64,000 nucleotides of DNA from Endomicrobiales bacterium (GTDB lineage: Bacteria; Elusimicrobiota; Endomicrobiia; Endomicrobiales; CAWCFT01), in contig CAWCFT010000001.1 in NCBI GenBank assembly GCA_963794945.1, positions 96,001 to 160,000 of the forward strand, written 5' to 3'. Numbering within the stretch: the first letter of the stretch is position 1; every line of letters begins with the position of its first letter. Shown piece by piece: positions 63,202 to 64,000 of the stretch. The notes under the pieces were generated by a model that saw nothing but the letters and a program-made list of their open reading frames with translations, was not told the origin of the DNA and searched no databases. The position numbers and the translations under genes are program-made.

Positions 63202-63729
63202 TCATTTTCTCAGTATCTTCGGCAGGTGGTGTACGATTATTTTCTCAACAACCTTTCCTCCGGTCGCCGCGTCTTTGCCGGTCAGCTCCAGGTAGTGCAC
63301 TATAGGGAACGGAATCATTTCTGTCTCGTTAATATATATATCGCTAAGATATGCGGGCTTGCCGTTTATATCTGTCACCGCAGAAACGCCGTCCGGACTT
63401 TCAACAACTTTAATGTCCTTCTTCTTAAAACCCTTCACAACAAGCCGATACGCCTTAACGTTATCGTCGTAGCTGCACTTAAAACCGTATCCCAGCTTAT
63501 CGAAAGCGCCCAGCTCTTCCCTTCCGCCATTTTTTGCAAGCAGTACCCAGTAAGCCTCGACCGGCTTTTGGGGGTCGATCTTCCCATCGGGACCGATATT
63601 CACGTCGTAGTGGACCTCATTCGCGTTCTTGCTGCGGCGTATGACGAACAGCGGTTTTGACAGCGCGAAAGCGTCGGCTGCGTTTATAAGCAATACTAAG
63701 GCTAGTATTATATTTTTAACGTTCGCCAT
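63202..63729 (-). CDS. DUF4833-like secreted protein
   Basis: [16 protein letters not shown] and PVEAYW. Confidence 0.75.
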   Translation of the reverse strand: MANVKNIILALVLLINAADAFALSKPLFVIRRSKNANEVHYDVNIGPDGKIDPQKPVEAYWVLLAKNGGREELGAFDKLGYGFKCSYDDNVKAYRLVVKGFKKKDIKVVESPDGVSAVTDINGKPAYLSDIYINETEMIPFPIVHYLELTGKDAATGGKVVEKIIVHHLPKILRK

Positions 63730-63732
63730 GGG

Positions 63733-64000
63733 TTATCTTTCTTCTATTTTCCTTACTTCAACGCTCGTACCTTTACCTTGAAGAATAGGGCAGTCTCTCG
63801 CTGTCTTTACGGCCTCACCAAAGTTAGCGGCTTTGATAAGTATGTAGCCGACGACGGATTTATTCTTTTTGGTGTAGGGCCCATCCTTGATAACGTTTTT
63901 CGGCTTTAACACTTTCCCTTCCGCCGACAAATGATGACCGCCGGTCGCAAGCCTGTTCTTTGACGCGATGCTCTTGACCCATTTGTCCCACTGCGCCATG
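63733..64000 (-). CDS. YciI family protein (5' end outside the window)
   Basis: DGPYT...VGYILI.A...EA...A.CP...VEVR. Confidence 0.8.
   Translation of the reverse strand, partial: MAQWDKWVKSIASKNRLATGGHHLSAEGKVLKPKNVIKDGPYTKKNKSVVGYILIKAANFGEAVKTARDCPILQGKGTSVEVRKIEER

Noticed and set aside
5973..63660. Long antisense ORFs in the track (e.g. 5973-7067, 9608-10618, 33604-34407, 50562-51425)
   Set aside because: They are shadows of well-supported genes on the opposite strand and show no recognisable motifs.

Overview
A 64 kb bacterial chromosomal window. Its gene content loosely suggests a diderm anaerobe such as Elusimicrobiota, but this was not verified. About 17 genes are broken by single-base frameshifts or one in-frame stop, most likely errors in an unpolished long-read assembly. 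From 1-37 kb the window holds metabolic, stress and signalling genes (malic enzyme, GAF/HD-GYP, PilB, H+-PPase, MCP, GAPDH, GH13, YyaL, ABC exporter), many followed by one family of palindrome (AAAGRCRGATA-N5-TATCYGYCTTT). From 38.2-50.5 kb there is an accessory/defence region containing a putative ART-like toxin with a 44-aa partner, a KilA-N gene between direct repeats, a RAYT, and two inverted, near-identical 1347-bp IS110 (IS1111-type) elements. The two IS copies enclose an AT-rich pair of genes: a PD-(D/E)XK-DGQHR-HEPN fusion and a SIR2-like protein. The IS110 non-coding end can be read by eye as a bridge/seek RNA whose guides match both its donor junction and a CCTGACACC motif that delimits the genes of the island. 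From 50.5-64 kb there are PilZ/LysM genes and a long minus-strand gene run. It carries two paralogous unannotated leaders, each with a promoter, a 14-aa SCCxPxIL peptide and a terminator.
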